Assembly: GCA_049320885.1 (NCBI GenBank) | Contig: JBMORA010000018.1 | Span: 64,001 to 128,000 of the forward strand | DNA: 64,000 nt | Direction of reading: 5' to 3' | Origin: Thermodesulfobacteriota bacterium | Lineage (GTDB): Bacteria; Desulfobacterota; Desulfobacteria; Desulfobacterales; SURF-7 | In this document: in pieces, positions 27,997 through 37,133 of the stretch | Layout of the letters: each line of letters begins with the position of its first letter | Position numbering within the stretch: the stretch's first letter is position 1 | The notes under the pieces: model-generated | The model's database searches: none | The model's input: only the letters and a program-made list of their open reading frames with translations | Told to the model about the DNA's origin: nothing | Made by a program: the position numbers and the translations under genes

Positions 27997-29226
27997 ATGT
28001 CAGTTATCGCCATTTTCAGCGGTGCCCATTGCCGCTCCATACCGGTTATCGACGGTGTGAAAACCAAGACTGGTTATCGCATTGTAACGGAACAGGAAAT
28101 CATCGCCAAGGCAGCGGCATCGACCGGCATGCCGGAGAAAAAGTTCGAAGCGGTCTTTGCTTCCAAAATTTCCGTGTTCAATCAATTCACCCATGAAAGA
28201 GAGCGTTCCATCGCCTACCTGCGACGCACCCTGGCGGGAATCCTGTCCGACGACAATCTGATCGTCACCGGTTTCCCGCTGCATCTCATCCCCAAGGAAA
28301 TCGCCCACATCCTGCGGGTATGCCTGATCGCGGATCTGAAATCACGCCTGGCAACCGCCAGGGAAGAAAAGGGGCTTTCGGAAAAAGCGGCCCTGGAGTC
28401 CATCCGCAAGGAGGATGAAAAAACCATTGCCTGGGTGAAGGCCCTGCATGATGAAGCGGATCCTTGGAATCCCAAGCATTATGACCTGGTCTTGCCGACG
28501 GATAAAACCAGCGTCACCGATGCCGTTGCCGCCATCGTGGAGCACGGAACCAGTGATATCCTCAGACGTTCGGCGCTCTCGGAAAAAGCTCTCGGGGATT
28601 TTGCATTGACGGCGGAAATAGAAACGGCCCTGGCCAGGGAAGGCCACAACATCCGGGTTGCCTCGCAGAACGGCGCTGTCCGGCTGACCATTGAAAAACA
28701 GGTTCTGATGCTCAGCCGTCTGGAGGAAGAACTGAAGCAGATCGTTTCCAAAATCCCCGGCGTACGTTCCATTGCAACGGAAGTCGGTAAAAATTTTCAC
28801 CAGACCGATATCTACCGAAAATATGACTTCCAAACCCCTTCCAAAGTATTGCTGGTGGACGATGAACGCGAATTCGTGCAAACCCTGTCGGAAAGACTGA
28901 TCATGCGGGATATGGGTTCCGCGGTGGCCTATGACGGCGAAAGCGCCTTGACCATGATTCACGATGACGAACCGGAAGTCATGATTCTGGATCTGAAAAT
29001 GCCAGGGATCAATGGAATCGAAGTATTGCGTCAAGTCAAGGAAACCAGGCCTGAAATTGAAGTCATCATTCTAACCGGCCATGGCTCTGAGGCGGACAAG
29101 CAAATCTGCCTGCAGCTCGGCGCCTTTGCTTATTTACAAAAACCTGTTGATATCAATACGTTAAGTACCGCCATCCAACAGGCAAATGAGAAAATTCTGA
29201 AAAACAAACCCCGGACGGCTGAGTGA
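27997..29226 (+). CDS. Cytidylate-kinase-like, BON-like and REC multidomain response regulator
   Basis: GGGAGG RBS before ATG 27997. CMK-like N-domain (ILRVCLIA...R, DPWNPKHYDLVL) with a degenerate P-loop, BON-like middle (IVSKIPGVRSI), C-terminal REC (LLVDDE, ILDLKMP, QKP). Confidence 0.82.
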   Translation: MSVIAIFSGAHCRSIPVIDGVKTKTGYRIVTEQEIIAKAAASTGMPEKKFEAVFASKISVFNQFTHERERSIAYLRRTLAGILSDDNLIVTGFPLHLIPKEIAHILRVCLIADLKSRLATAREEKGLSEKAALESIRKEDEKTIAWVKALHDEADPWNPKHYDLVLPTDKTSVTDAVAAIVEHGTSDILRRSALSEKALGDFALTAEIETALAREGHNIRVASQNGAVRLTIEKQVLMLSRLEEELKQIVSKIPGVRSIATEVGKNFHQTDIYRKYDFQTPSKVLLVDDEREFVQTLSERLIMRDMGSAVAYDGESALTMIHDDEPEVMILDLKMPGINGIEVLRQVKETRPEIEVIILTGHGSEADKQICLQLGAFAYLQKPVDINTLSTAIQQANEKILKNKPRTAE

Positions 29227-29233
29227 AACCAGG

Positions 29234-30988
29234 ATGAACCTGCTGAACAGCATAAAACCGGCGTTCATGAAAGAACGGAACGTAGCCGAAGGCTCCCCCT
29301 TCAGCCATATGTTCAATTTCCGGAAAATCTGGCGAAAAGCCGTATTCATGACCGCCGTATCCGCCATCCTGCCGCTTGTGGTCATCACGGCCGTGGATTA
29401 TAACTTGACCCAGCAATCCGCGAAATCCGAAGTTATTTCAAGAGCAAGCCGCATTGTTTCCAACACCAAGCGATCCATCTCGTATTTTTTATCCGTGCGT
29501 CAGGCCGCCCTCGATTTTATCATCCATGACAACCGGGCGGAGCGACTCACCGACCGCCGTCGCCTGAACGAAATTTTACAGAACTTGAAGGCTTCCTTCG
29601 GCGGAATCAGCGATATCGGCCTCATCGATCATCAGGGGCGGCAGATCGCCTACATCGGTGAGTATGACCTGGAAGGAAAAAATTACAGCGGCCAAAAATG
29701 GTTCTTGGAAGTATTGGACAGGGGGGTTTATGTCAGTGATGTATTTCTCGGCTTCCGCAATCTGCCGCATCTGGTGATCGCCGTGAAATACACATTGTCC
29801 GACGGTTTCTATTATATCCTGCGCGCCTCCGTGGACACAGCCCAGTTCACCGAGCTGCTTTCCAACCTGGAAATGGTCGAGCAAAGCGACGCCTTTATCA
29901 TCAATCAGGAGGGAACGCTGCAAACCCCGTCGCGAAGCCATGGCAAGGTCCTGGAGAAAATCAATCTGGACGTGCCCCCCTACGCCCAGGAAACCGCAAT
30001 CCTGCAGCAATCCGATTCAAAGGGGGAGGAACTCATCATCGGTTACGCCTATATCCAAAACACGCCTTTTATTCTGATGGTCATCAAACAGAAAGGCGAA
30101 CTCATGCGGCCCTGGCGGAAAACCAGGATACAAATCCTGGGGTTTCTGATGATTGGAGTCGTTTTTATCCTGATCACCATCATCGGATTCGCGACCTACA
30201 TGGTTAACAACATGTATTATGCGGATCAAAAACGCCTGATGGCCCTCCATCAAATGGAATATTCCAACAAGCTGGCCTCCATCGGCCGTCTGGCGGCGGG
30301 AGTGGCCCACGAAATCAACAACCCCCTGGCGATTATCAACGAAAAAGCCGGTTTTATCAAAGATCTGTTCACTTATAAAAATGAATATAAGAACGATCAG
30401 AAATTGATCGATTGCGTCAACTCCATCCTGTCGTCGGTGGAACGGGGCGGCAGAATCACCCATCGGTTACTGGGATTCGCCCGACATATGGACGCGAAGA
30501 TCGAAAAGATCAATCTGAAGAATGTGATCACCGATGTTCTGGGCTTTCTCGCAAAGGAAGCGGAATACAGGTCCATCGATATCAAGCTGGACATCTCCGA
30601 TGCCATCGAGCCCTTCGAGACCGACCGGGGAAAACTGCAACAGATCCTCCTGAACTTGATCAACAACGCATTTGCCGCCGTCCAGGACGGCGGGCGTATA
30701 GAAATTTCCGCGAATCCGGTGGGCGCGGATCAAGTTGCCATTGTTTGCGCCGACCAGGGATGCGGCATTTCCGCTGAAAATCTGAAACATGTTTTCGAAC
30801 CGTTTTTCTCCACCCGGGCAAATGTCGGCGGCACTGGTCTGGGTCTTTCCATCACCTATGGCCTGGTCAAGGAACTCGGCGGCACCATTGATGTCAAAAG
30901 CGAAGCCGGCAAGGGCACGCGCTTCACCATCCTGCTGCCGCTGAAAATGAAGCCATCAGAGGAGAATCGACAATGCGTGTCTTACTAG
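29234..30988 (+). CDS. Membrane sensor histidine kinase (Cache-type periplasmic domain)
   Basis: Two TMs, H-box AHEINNPL, N-box NLINNA, DQGCGI, FEPFFST, GTGLGL. Confidence 0.95.
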   Translation: MNLLNSIKPAFMKERNVAEGSPFSHMFNFRKIWRKAVFMTAVSAILPLVVITAVDYNLTQQSAKSEVISRASRIVSNTKRSISYFLSVRQAALDFIIHDNRAERLTDRRRLNEILQNLKASFGGISDIGLIDHQGRQIAYIGEYDLEGKNYSGQKWFLEVLDRGVYVSDVFLGFRNLPHLVIAVKYTLSDGFYYILRASVDTAQFTELLSNLEMVEQSDAFIINQEGTLQTPSRSHGKVLEKINLDVPPYAQETAILQQSDSKGEELIIGYAYIQNTPFILMVIKQKGELMRPWRKTRIQILGFLMIGVVFILITIIGFATYMVNNMYYADQKRLMALHQMEYSNKLASIGRLAAGVAHEINNPLAIINEKAGFIKDLFTYKNEYKNDQKLIDCVNSILSSVERGGRITHRLLGFARHMDAKIEKINLKNVITDVLGFLAKEAEYRSIDIKLDISDAIEPFETDRGKLQQILLNLINNAFAAVQDGGRIEISANPVGADQVAIVCADQGCGISAENLKHVFEPFFSTRANVGGTGLGLSITYGLVKELGGTIDVKSEAGKGTRFTILLPLKMKPSEENRQCVSY

Positions 30989-31332
30989 TCGACGACGAAC
31001 AGGAACTGGTCGCCACCCTGGCGGAACGCCTGGCCTTCCGGGGGATAGACGCCGAATGGGCCACCAGCGGACAAAAGGCTCTGCAGCGCCTGGCCGATGA
31101 ATCCTTCGACATCGCCGTCATCGATGTCAAGATGCCGGTCATGAACGGTTTTGAATTGAAGCACAAAATGCAGGTCCTGCGACCTGAACTGAAATATATC
31201 TTTTTAACCGGCCATGGTTCCCAACAGGATTATCTAACGGGGCAGTCCGAAGCCGGTATGGATTTCTACCTGATCAAGCCGGTGGATATCGACATCCTGA
31301 TTCAAAAAATGAGAGAAACCCTCAATAAATAA
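30973..31332 (+). CDS. Single-domain response regulator (REC)
   Basis: LLVDDE, VIDVKMP, LTGHG, IKP; AGGAG RBS. Confidence 0.93.
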   Translation: MRVLLVDDEQELVATLAERLAFRGIDAEWATSGQKALQRLADESFDIAVIDVKMPVMNGFELKHKMQVLRPELKYIFLTGHGSQQDYLTGQSEAGMDFYLIKPVDIDILIQKMRETLNK

Positions 31333-31343
31333 GGAGGTGCGCC

Positions 31344-32015
31344 ATTACACCGAAATCATCCATTGCCTGCGATTCGGAGCTGCGTTTCTTCGGGAAAATA
31401 ACCGCCTCCGTCTCCCATGAGATCAAGAACGTCCTCGCCATCATCAATGAAAATGCGGGGCTGCTGGCCGATTTCATTCAGATGGAGCAACAAGGAAGAA
31501 CGGTGGAGCCCGCGCGTTTTGAAGCGCTGTCCCGGAAGATCCAGAACCAGGTGGGTAGAGCCGATGATATCATCCGGCGCCTGAACCGCTTTTCCCATAG
31601 TGTTGATGAGTCCAGTATGAAGATCGACCTCGCCGACACCATTGAATTCATGATCGCCATTTGCGGCCGGTTGGCTGCCGGAAGAAAGAAAAAACTGGAT
31701 TTAATCCGGCCGGAACAACCCGAACAGGTGGTGACGAACCTGTTCGTCCTGGAAAACATCCTGTGGCGCTGTTTCGATTTTGCCATGGTTGCAGCGGGAA
31801 GCAACCAGACCGTCACCATCACCGTGAGGGGCGACTCCGAAGAACAGGTCTTGGTATGCTTCAGCGGACTGACGGACCTGGTCCGGCAGGGCGAGGCGAC
31901 TCTCCCCGGAGAAGAGGAAACAGCCCTTCTGGACATCCTGAATGGAACCGTCGTTCTGAAGAATGACAGCGGGGAAATGTTCCTTACTTTACCGCGGCGC
32001 GTATCGAAGGCGTGA
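31344..32015 (+). CDS. Histidine kinase-like protein (intact H-box, degenerate ATPase domain), probable ATT start
   Basis: The in-frame region upstream of the first ATG (31482) encodes FFGKITASVSHEIKNVLAIINENAGLL. AAGGAGG at 31331-31337 lies 6 nt before ATT 31344. No N/G1/G2 boxes. Confidence 0.75.
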   Translation: MTPKSSIACDSELRFFGKITASVSHEIKNVLAIINENAGLLADFIQMEQQGRTVEPARFEALSRKIQNQVGRADDIIRRLNRFSHSVDESSMKIDLADTIEFMIAICGRLAAGRKKKLDLIRPEQPEQVVTNLFVLENILWRCFDFAMVAAGSNQTVTITVRGDSEEQVLVCFSGLTDLVRQGEATLPGEEETALLDILNGTVVLKNDSGEMFLTLPRRVSKA

Positions 32016-32094
32016 CCCGTCCTGACACCATCCGTTGCGCGGGTGGGGGCTTCACGGCTCTCGGCGCCAGTAATTTAAAAAAGGAGGCACAATT

Positions 32095-32523
32095 ATGGCG
32101 GAAAAAGTACTGTTGATAGACGATGAAGAGGAGTTCATCGAGGCGTTGGGGGAAAGAATGCGAGCCCGGGGAATGATTGTAACCGCCACCACTTCGCCGG
32201 TCCAGGCCCTGAAGCAGGTCGAGGAGGAATCCTATGACGCCGTGGTCCTGGACCTGCAGATGCCGGAAATGGACGGGATAGAAGCCTTGAAAATCATGAA
32301 AAACAAGAGACCGGAATTGCAGGTTATTCTTCTGACCGGGCATGCAAGTGTTCAAAAGGGTATCGAGGCCATGAAACTCGGCGCCATGGATTTGATCGAA
32401 AAACCGGCTGACTTCGAGACGATCGCCGCCAAAATACACCGGGCCCAGGCCAAAAAAATGATCCTGGTGGAAAAGAAAAACGAGGAAACCATCAAGGAAA
32501 TCCTGAACCGCAAATGCTGGTAA
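32095..32523 (+). CDS. Single-domain response regulator (REC)
   Basis: LLIDDE, VLDLQMP, LTGHA, EKP; AAGGAGG RBS. Confidence 0.93.
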   Translation: MAEKVLLIDDEEEFIEALGERMRARGMIVTATTSPVQALKQVEEESYDAVVLDLQMPEMDGIEALKIMKNKRPELQVILLTGHASVQKGIEAMKLGAMDLIEKPADFETIAAKIHRAQAKKMILVEKKNEETIKEILNRKCW

Positions 32524-32697
32524 CCGTTCCCGGAAGGCCGCTGGTTTTATCTCGGCCAAAGGTAACGCTTTCCATTTCCCGGAAATTGTTTTATGCTGCC
32601 GCGTACTCTTGCAGAATAGATCCGCGTTGCGGTCCGCTGGTTTGCATGTCCGATTCCGGCGTCTTGAAGCTCCTGTTCAACAGGTCGGGGATAAGGG

Positions 32698-33264
32698 ATG
32701 ACACGGAACCATGGATGGAAAAGAAGGTGGCTCATAAGGATGCTGCTGGTTTCCCTGGCCTTTGCCGGCTGCGCCGCCATGACCGTTTCCCGAAGCGAGC
32801 CGAGATATCAGTTTATCGACACTGAATTGTATTATGTCAGCATCACTCCCATTCGATCCCGGGATTACCATTACGCCTTTCGACTGATCGTCAAGAATAA
32901 AACCATCGAGGAAATGGAAATCGACTGGAATAAAACATTTTATCTGGAAGGCGATGCACCTTCCGGCGGCTTCATGTTCGACGGCATCGCCTACAGCGAA
33001 AGGGAAAATCCCAAGGAACGCTGCAAGGTCGCGGCCAACGACATTTTTATCAAAACCCTGTGGCCCAACGTCCTGGTGAGCCGAAAAAAGGACTGGTTTC
33101 ACCAGCCTCTCGAAAGCGGCCGCCATGGGATTGAAATCACCCTCATCGTCAACAGGAAGCAGGTGTGCAAGGAGCGCTTGCTGCTGAACATCATCCGGGA
33201 GACGGATGAGGGCCTAGCCGAGAGTGAAACCGAAGAAGTCAAAACCACAACAACCAAGTACTGA
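32698..33264 (+). CDS. Hypothetical lipoprotein
   Basis: Basic N-terminus, hydrophobic stretch and lipobox FAG-C; beta-rich (Ig-like) body. Confidence 0.7.
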   Translation: MTRNHGWKRRWLIRMLLVSLAFAGCAAMTVSRSEPRYQFIDTELYYVSITPIRSRDYHYAFRLIVKNKTIEEMEIDWNKTFYLEGDAPSGGFMFDGIAYSERENPKERCKVAANDIFIKTLWPNVLVSRKKDWFHQPLESGRHGIEITLIVNRKQVCKERLLLNIIRETDEGLAESETEEVKTTTTKY

Positions 33265-34698
33265 TCACCCCTTGAGCACCACCAGCGGCCTGAGACGGGC
33301 CACCTTTTGCGATATGCCGGCGCCGTGGACCACCTCCACCACTTCCGCAATATCCTTATAGGCGTCCGGCATCTCCTCCGCCAGTGTCGACCGCCCGGTC
33401 CAGCGCACGAGGATGCCCCGCTCTTCGAGTTCACGATGAATCGCCCTGCCCCTGCTCGCCTTCTTGGCCGCCGCCCGGCTCAACACCCGTCCGGCCCCAT
33501 GGCAGGTGGAACCGAAAGTTTCATTCATGGCGGTCTCCGTACCGGCCAGCACATAGGAAGCCGTGCCCATGTCTCCCGGAATCAGAATGGGCTGCCCGGT
33601 TTCCCGGTAATCCTCGCACAAGGCCGGATGGCCGGGACCGAAGGAACGGGTCGCGCCTTTGCGATGAACGCAGAGCGTCATGCGGCGTCCATCCACCAGG
33701 TGCTCCTCTTTCTTGGCGATATTGTGACAGACATCATACACCAGGCGCATGCCCAGATCCCGGGGGCCGATGCCCATGACTTTCATGAGAACCTGGCGGG
33801 CCAGGTGCATCAATATCTGACGGTTGGCCCAGGCATAATTGGCGGCGCAGGCCATGGCTCCCAGATAATCCCGTCCGTCGCTGGATTGAATCAAGGCGCA
33901 GGAGAGCTGGCGATCCGGCAGGTCGATGCCCAGTGACCGGACCTGTTTGGCCGTATATGCGAGGAAATCATCGCAGATCTGGTACCCCAGACCCCGGGAG
34001 CCGGAATGAATCATCAGGGTAGCCTGACCCTGAAACAGTCCGAAGCGCCTTGCGATATCCGCCTGAAAGATTTCATCGACGATTCCGATCTCAACGAAAT
34101 GATTCCCGGAACCCAGGGTGCCCAACTGCTGGAGCCCTCTTTCAAGGGCGCGCCCACTGACCACCTGAGGGTCCGCGCCGGGGAGGCACCCCTGGTCCTC
34201 GGTATGATCGATATCCGGCCCTTCGCCGAACCCCCGGGAAACAGCCCAGCTACTGCCTTGAACCAGCACCGCGGTGGCGTCTTTCTTGGACAGCTTCACC
34301 GAGCCGGTGGAGCCGACTCCGGAAGGAATTTCCCGGTACAGGGTGTCGGCCAGTTGCGCCAGCCGCGGCTGGAGGTCTTCCCAGGTGATATTCCCGGCCG
34401 CCAGGCGTACGCCGCAATTGATATCGTAACCGACTCCTCCGGGAGAAACCACGCCCGTCTCCCAATCAAAAGCCGCCACCCCGCCGATGGGGAAACCATA
34501 CCCCCAGTGGATATCCGGCATGGCCAGCGAAGCGCCGACAATACCGGGCAGCTGCGCCACGTTCCTCACCTGCTGGACCGCCTCTTCCCTGGCAAGATCC
34601 CGGATCATGGCAGCGCTGGCATACAGCCGGCCGGGAACCCGCATGGCTCCGGATCGGGGAATTTCCCAACGATAGGCGTCAATCTGTTTGATGTCCAT
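33265..34698 (-). CDS. rtcB: RNA 3'-phosphate/5'-OH ligase RtcB (archaeal/eukaryote-like long type)
   Basis: Start ATG 34698 (MDIKQID). MPDIHWGYGFPIGG, GYDINCG, GTLGSGNHF, HSGSRG, HRKGAT, PGDMG, HGAGR, EEMPDAYK. Confidence 0.95.
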   Translation of the reverse strand: MDIKQIDAYRWEIPRSGAMRVPGRLYASAAMIRDLAREEAVQQVRNVAQLPGIVGASLAMPDIHWGYGFPIGGVAAFDWETGVVSPGGVGYDINCGVRLAAGNITWEDLQPRLAQLADTLYREIPSGVGSTGSVKLSKKDATAVLVQGSSWAVSRGFGEGPDIDHTEDQGCLPGADPQVVSGRALERGLQQLGTLGSGNHFVEIGIVDEIFQADIARRFGLFQGQATLMIHSGSRGLGYQICDDFLAYTAKQVRSLGIDLPDRQLSCALIQSSDGRDYLGAMACAANYAWANRQILMHLARQVLMKVMGIGPRDLGMRLVYDVCHNIAKKEEHLVDGRRMTLCVHRKGATRSFGPGHPALCEDYRETGQPILIPGDMGTASYVLAGTETAMNETFGSTCHGAGRVLSRAAAKKASRGRAIHRELEERGILVRWTGRSTLAEEMPDAYKDIAEVVEVVHGAGISQKVARLRPLVVLKG

Positions 34699-34712
34699 TG
34701 GCCCGCTCCTGT

Positions 34713-35144
34713 TTATACATCGAAGATCACCCGACATTCCCAGCCGCCTGTCGATCGTTCCTCCACAGCAAGCTGATGGTAGGTCACGGCCTTGATTTCG
34801 TTCACCAGAAGATGCCGTCCCGAATCGAAATGCTCCCCCCATACACGCGCGGCAAGATGGTTTTCCGATATCTCCCTTACGGCGGCGGCGCCGCCGATCC
34901 AGGCTTTTCCGGTCCACAAATACAGGAGTTCCCGAAGCCAGTTGAACATCAGATCGGCATAATCCATGCCGGAAATCTCCAAATCCAAGGCCACGGTCTT
35001 TTTGACGAGTTCCGGACCGGCGATCAGCTCCCATAGAGCGCCGGCGGCGTTTTCAAACAACGTTTCGGCGTCCGCGCCCCAAACCCGTATGCCGAAATCG
35101 GCGGTGTGATCCATGAAGGAATACGGCATCGATTCACTCTCCAT
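34713..35144 (-). CDS. Archease
   Basis: DHTAD, WLRELLY, EIKAVTYH, C-terminal IFDV; directly upstream of rtcB. Confidence 0.95.
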   Translation of the reverse strand: MESESMPYSFMDHTADFGIRVWGADAETLFENAAGALWELIAGPELVKKTVALDLEISGMDYADLMFNWLRELLYLWTGKAWIGGAAAVREISENHLAARVWGEHFDSGRHLLVNEIKAVTYHQLAVEERSTGGWECRVIFDV

Positions 35145-35161
35145 TTAATGAATCCGGGAAA

Positions 35162-37093
35162 TCACACGGTAAGGACTTCTCCCGTCTTTACCGTGCTGTA
35201 ACCACCCAACGACCGCACCCGATTTTGGAAGTCATCGGTCCGGACGATTCGCAGCAACCGTTGAATGCCTTCGGTTTCGGCATATAATTCGGGGATGATG
35301 AGGTCATACTGTTCTGTCACCACCGGTATGAAATCCAAATCCAGCGCGCGCGCCGCGGCAAAAATCCCGAGTCCGGTATCCACGGCGCCGCTCAACACCG
35401 CCACGGCAACCGCCATGTGCGTGAACTCCTCGCTTTGGTAGCCGTTGATGGACGACGGCTCAATGCCCAATTGACGGAGGCGGTAATCCAGTAAAATCCG
35501 GGTCCCGGACCCTCCCTGGCGGTTGATGAAGGTCACATCTCCGCGCACCAGGTCCTGGATCCCCTGAATCCGTTTCGGATTGCCCTTGGCCACCATCAGC
35601 CCCTGATCCCGCATTACCAGATTGACCAGCATCACCGGTTGATCCGGCAGGTATTTGCGGATGTAGGAGCGGTTGTAGGTTCCATCCTCGGTATCCAGCA
35701 GGTGAGAACCGGCCGCATGACAGGCCCCTTTCCGGATGGCCATCAGTCCGCCCATGCTGCCGACATGGCTCGAAGAAAGGGTCATATCCGGATAGTCGGC
35801 GCGGATCCGGTCCGCCAGAACATCCAGGGTATTGTCGTGGCTGCCCACCACCACCAGCGTCTGTTCAATCGCGGTGAGCGGACGCAACAGCTCCGCCTGA
35901 ACCGGCGTGAATTCAGGGAGCCCCTCCACATTCCCGGGTATCCGGATCAGGCCGTCGGCCCGGGTGAGGGTGGTGATGGCCCCGGCTCCCCGCCCCAACG
36001 GCGTGGCCACAATGCGATCCCCGACCTTACCCAGCTTGACCCTCACAAATTCCTCGATACCGAGTCTGGAAGCGATCTTGCGGGTGGGTTCAACCGAAAT
36101 CCGTTCCCGTTGCTTTTCCGGCTGTCCCAGCAATTGCGACAGCAGCGGACCGACGAACTGTTCAAAGGCGATCACCGCCGACACCGGGTAACCGGGAATG
36201 CCGAATACGGGTTTGGCGCCCACCTCGCCGATAATCAGGGGCTTGCCCGGCATGATGGTCACTCCGTGGACCAGAATCCTCCCCAGGCCTTCGATGGCGC
36301 TCCTGGCGAAATCTTCCGATCCGGCCGAAGACCCGCCGCTTATCAGTATCAGATCGACGTCGCTTTCAACAGCTCTTCCCACGACTCGTTTGATTTCATC
36401 CAAGTCATCGCCAACCGGCGCGTGACGGGAATATGTTCCACCCCAGGACTCCACCAGTTTCCCCAGTACATATGAATTCGACTCGATCACCTGGCCGGGC
36501 TTCAAGCCGCCGGACATGGCCGACCGGTAAGCGGTCAGTTCGGCGCCGGTGGGAATTAGCAGCACCAGCGGTTTTTTCAGTACCCCGACTTCCCCGACCC
36601 CGGCGGATAAAAGCGCGCCGATGCAATAAGGCGTAACCAGATGGTGCCGCGGAAATAACTGCTCGGTGGCCACGATGTCCTCACCCACCCTGCGGACATG
36701 CTGCCAGGGAAAGGCCGGCGCCTCGATCTCAATCCGGCCTTCTTCCGGCTCCTGTATATATTCGATCATGATCACCGCATTGGTATGGGGTGGCATGACA
36801 TGACCGGTATTTACATAAAAAGCGTCCTGCCCCACCGTGAATTGTTTGGGAGCGGCCGGCCCGGCGCCGAAAGTCGCCTCGGCCGCCACGGCAACCCCGT
36901 CCATGGCGGCCAGATGGAACTGGGGCGATGACAACACGGCGGCCACCGGCTCGGCCAATACCCGTCCGACGGCATCCGGTACCGGAATTCTCTGTGATGA
37001 CAAGGGGCGATAACCGCTGAATGTGCTGAAAAGAAGCTGTCTGGCTTCCTCCAGGGGTTTCATGTTCAGATAGATGTTTCGATGATGACGCAT
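35162..37093 (-). CDS. moeA: Molybdopterin molybdo/tungsto-transferase MoeA fused to a periplasmic-binding-protein-like domain
   Basis: AAMDGVAV, GEDI, SGGSSAG, PGKP, GIPGYPVS, then VGSHD, GSMGGL, INRQGGSGTR of the PBP domain. Confidence 0.92.
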   Translation of the reverse strand: MRHHRNIYLNMKPLEEARQLLFSTFSGYRPLSSQRIPVPDAVGRVLAEPVAAVLSSPQFHLAAMDGVAVAAEATFGAGPAAPKQFTVGQDAFYVNTGHVMPPHTNAVIMIEYIQEPEEGRIEIEAPAFPWQHVRRVGEDIVATEQLFPRHHLVTPYCIGALLSAGVGEVGVLKKPLVLLIPTGAELTAYRSAMSGGLKPGQVIESNSYVLGKLVESWGGTYSRHAPVGDDLDEIKRVVGRAVESDVDLILISGGSSAGSEDFARSAIEGLGRILVHGVTIMPGKPLIIGEVGAKPVFGIPGYPVSAVIAFEQFVGPLLSQLLGQPEKQRERISVEPTRKIASRLGIEEFVRVKLGKVGDRIVATPLGRGAGAITTLTRADGLIRIPGNVEGLPEFTPVQAELLRPLTAIEQTLVVVGSHDNTLDVLADRIRADYPDMTLSSSHVGSMGGLMAIRKGACHAAGSHLLDTEDGTYNRSYIRKYLPDQPVMLVNLVMRDQGLMVAKGNPKRIQGIQDLVRGDVTFINRQGGSGTRILLDYRLRQLGIEPSSINGYQSEEFTHMAVAVAVLSGAVDTGLGIFAAARALDLDFIPVVTEQYDLIIPELYAETEGIQRLLRIVRTDDFQNRVRSLGGYSTVKTGEVLTV

Positions 37094-37133
37094 TTTTCCT
37101 TACAGCCTTTCGGACATTCTCTCCGTTCGTTTT

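Noticed and set aside
34699..35034. N-terminal extension of RtcB in the ORF track
   Set aside because: It overlaps the archease gene; RtcB-like sequence starts at ATG 34698, which has a GGAG RBS.
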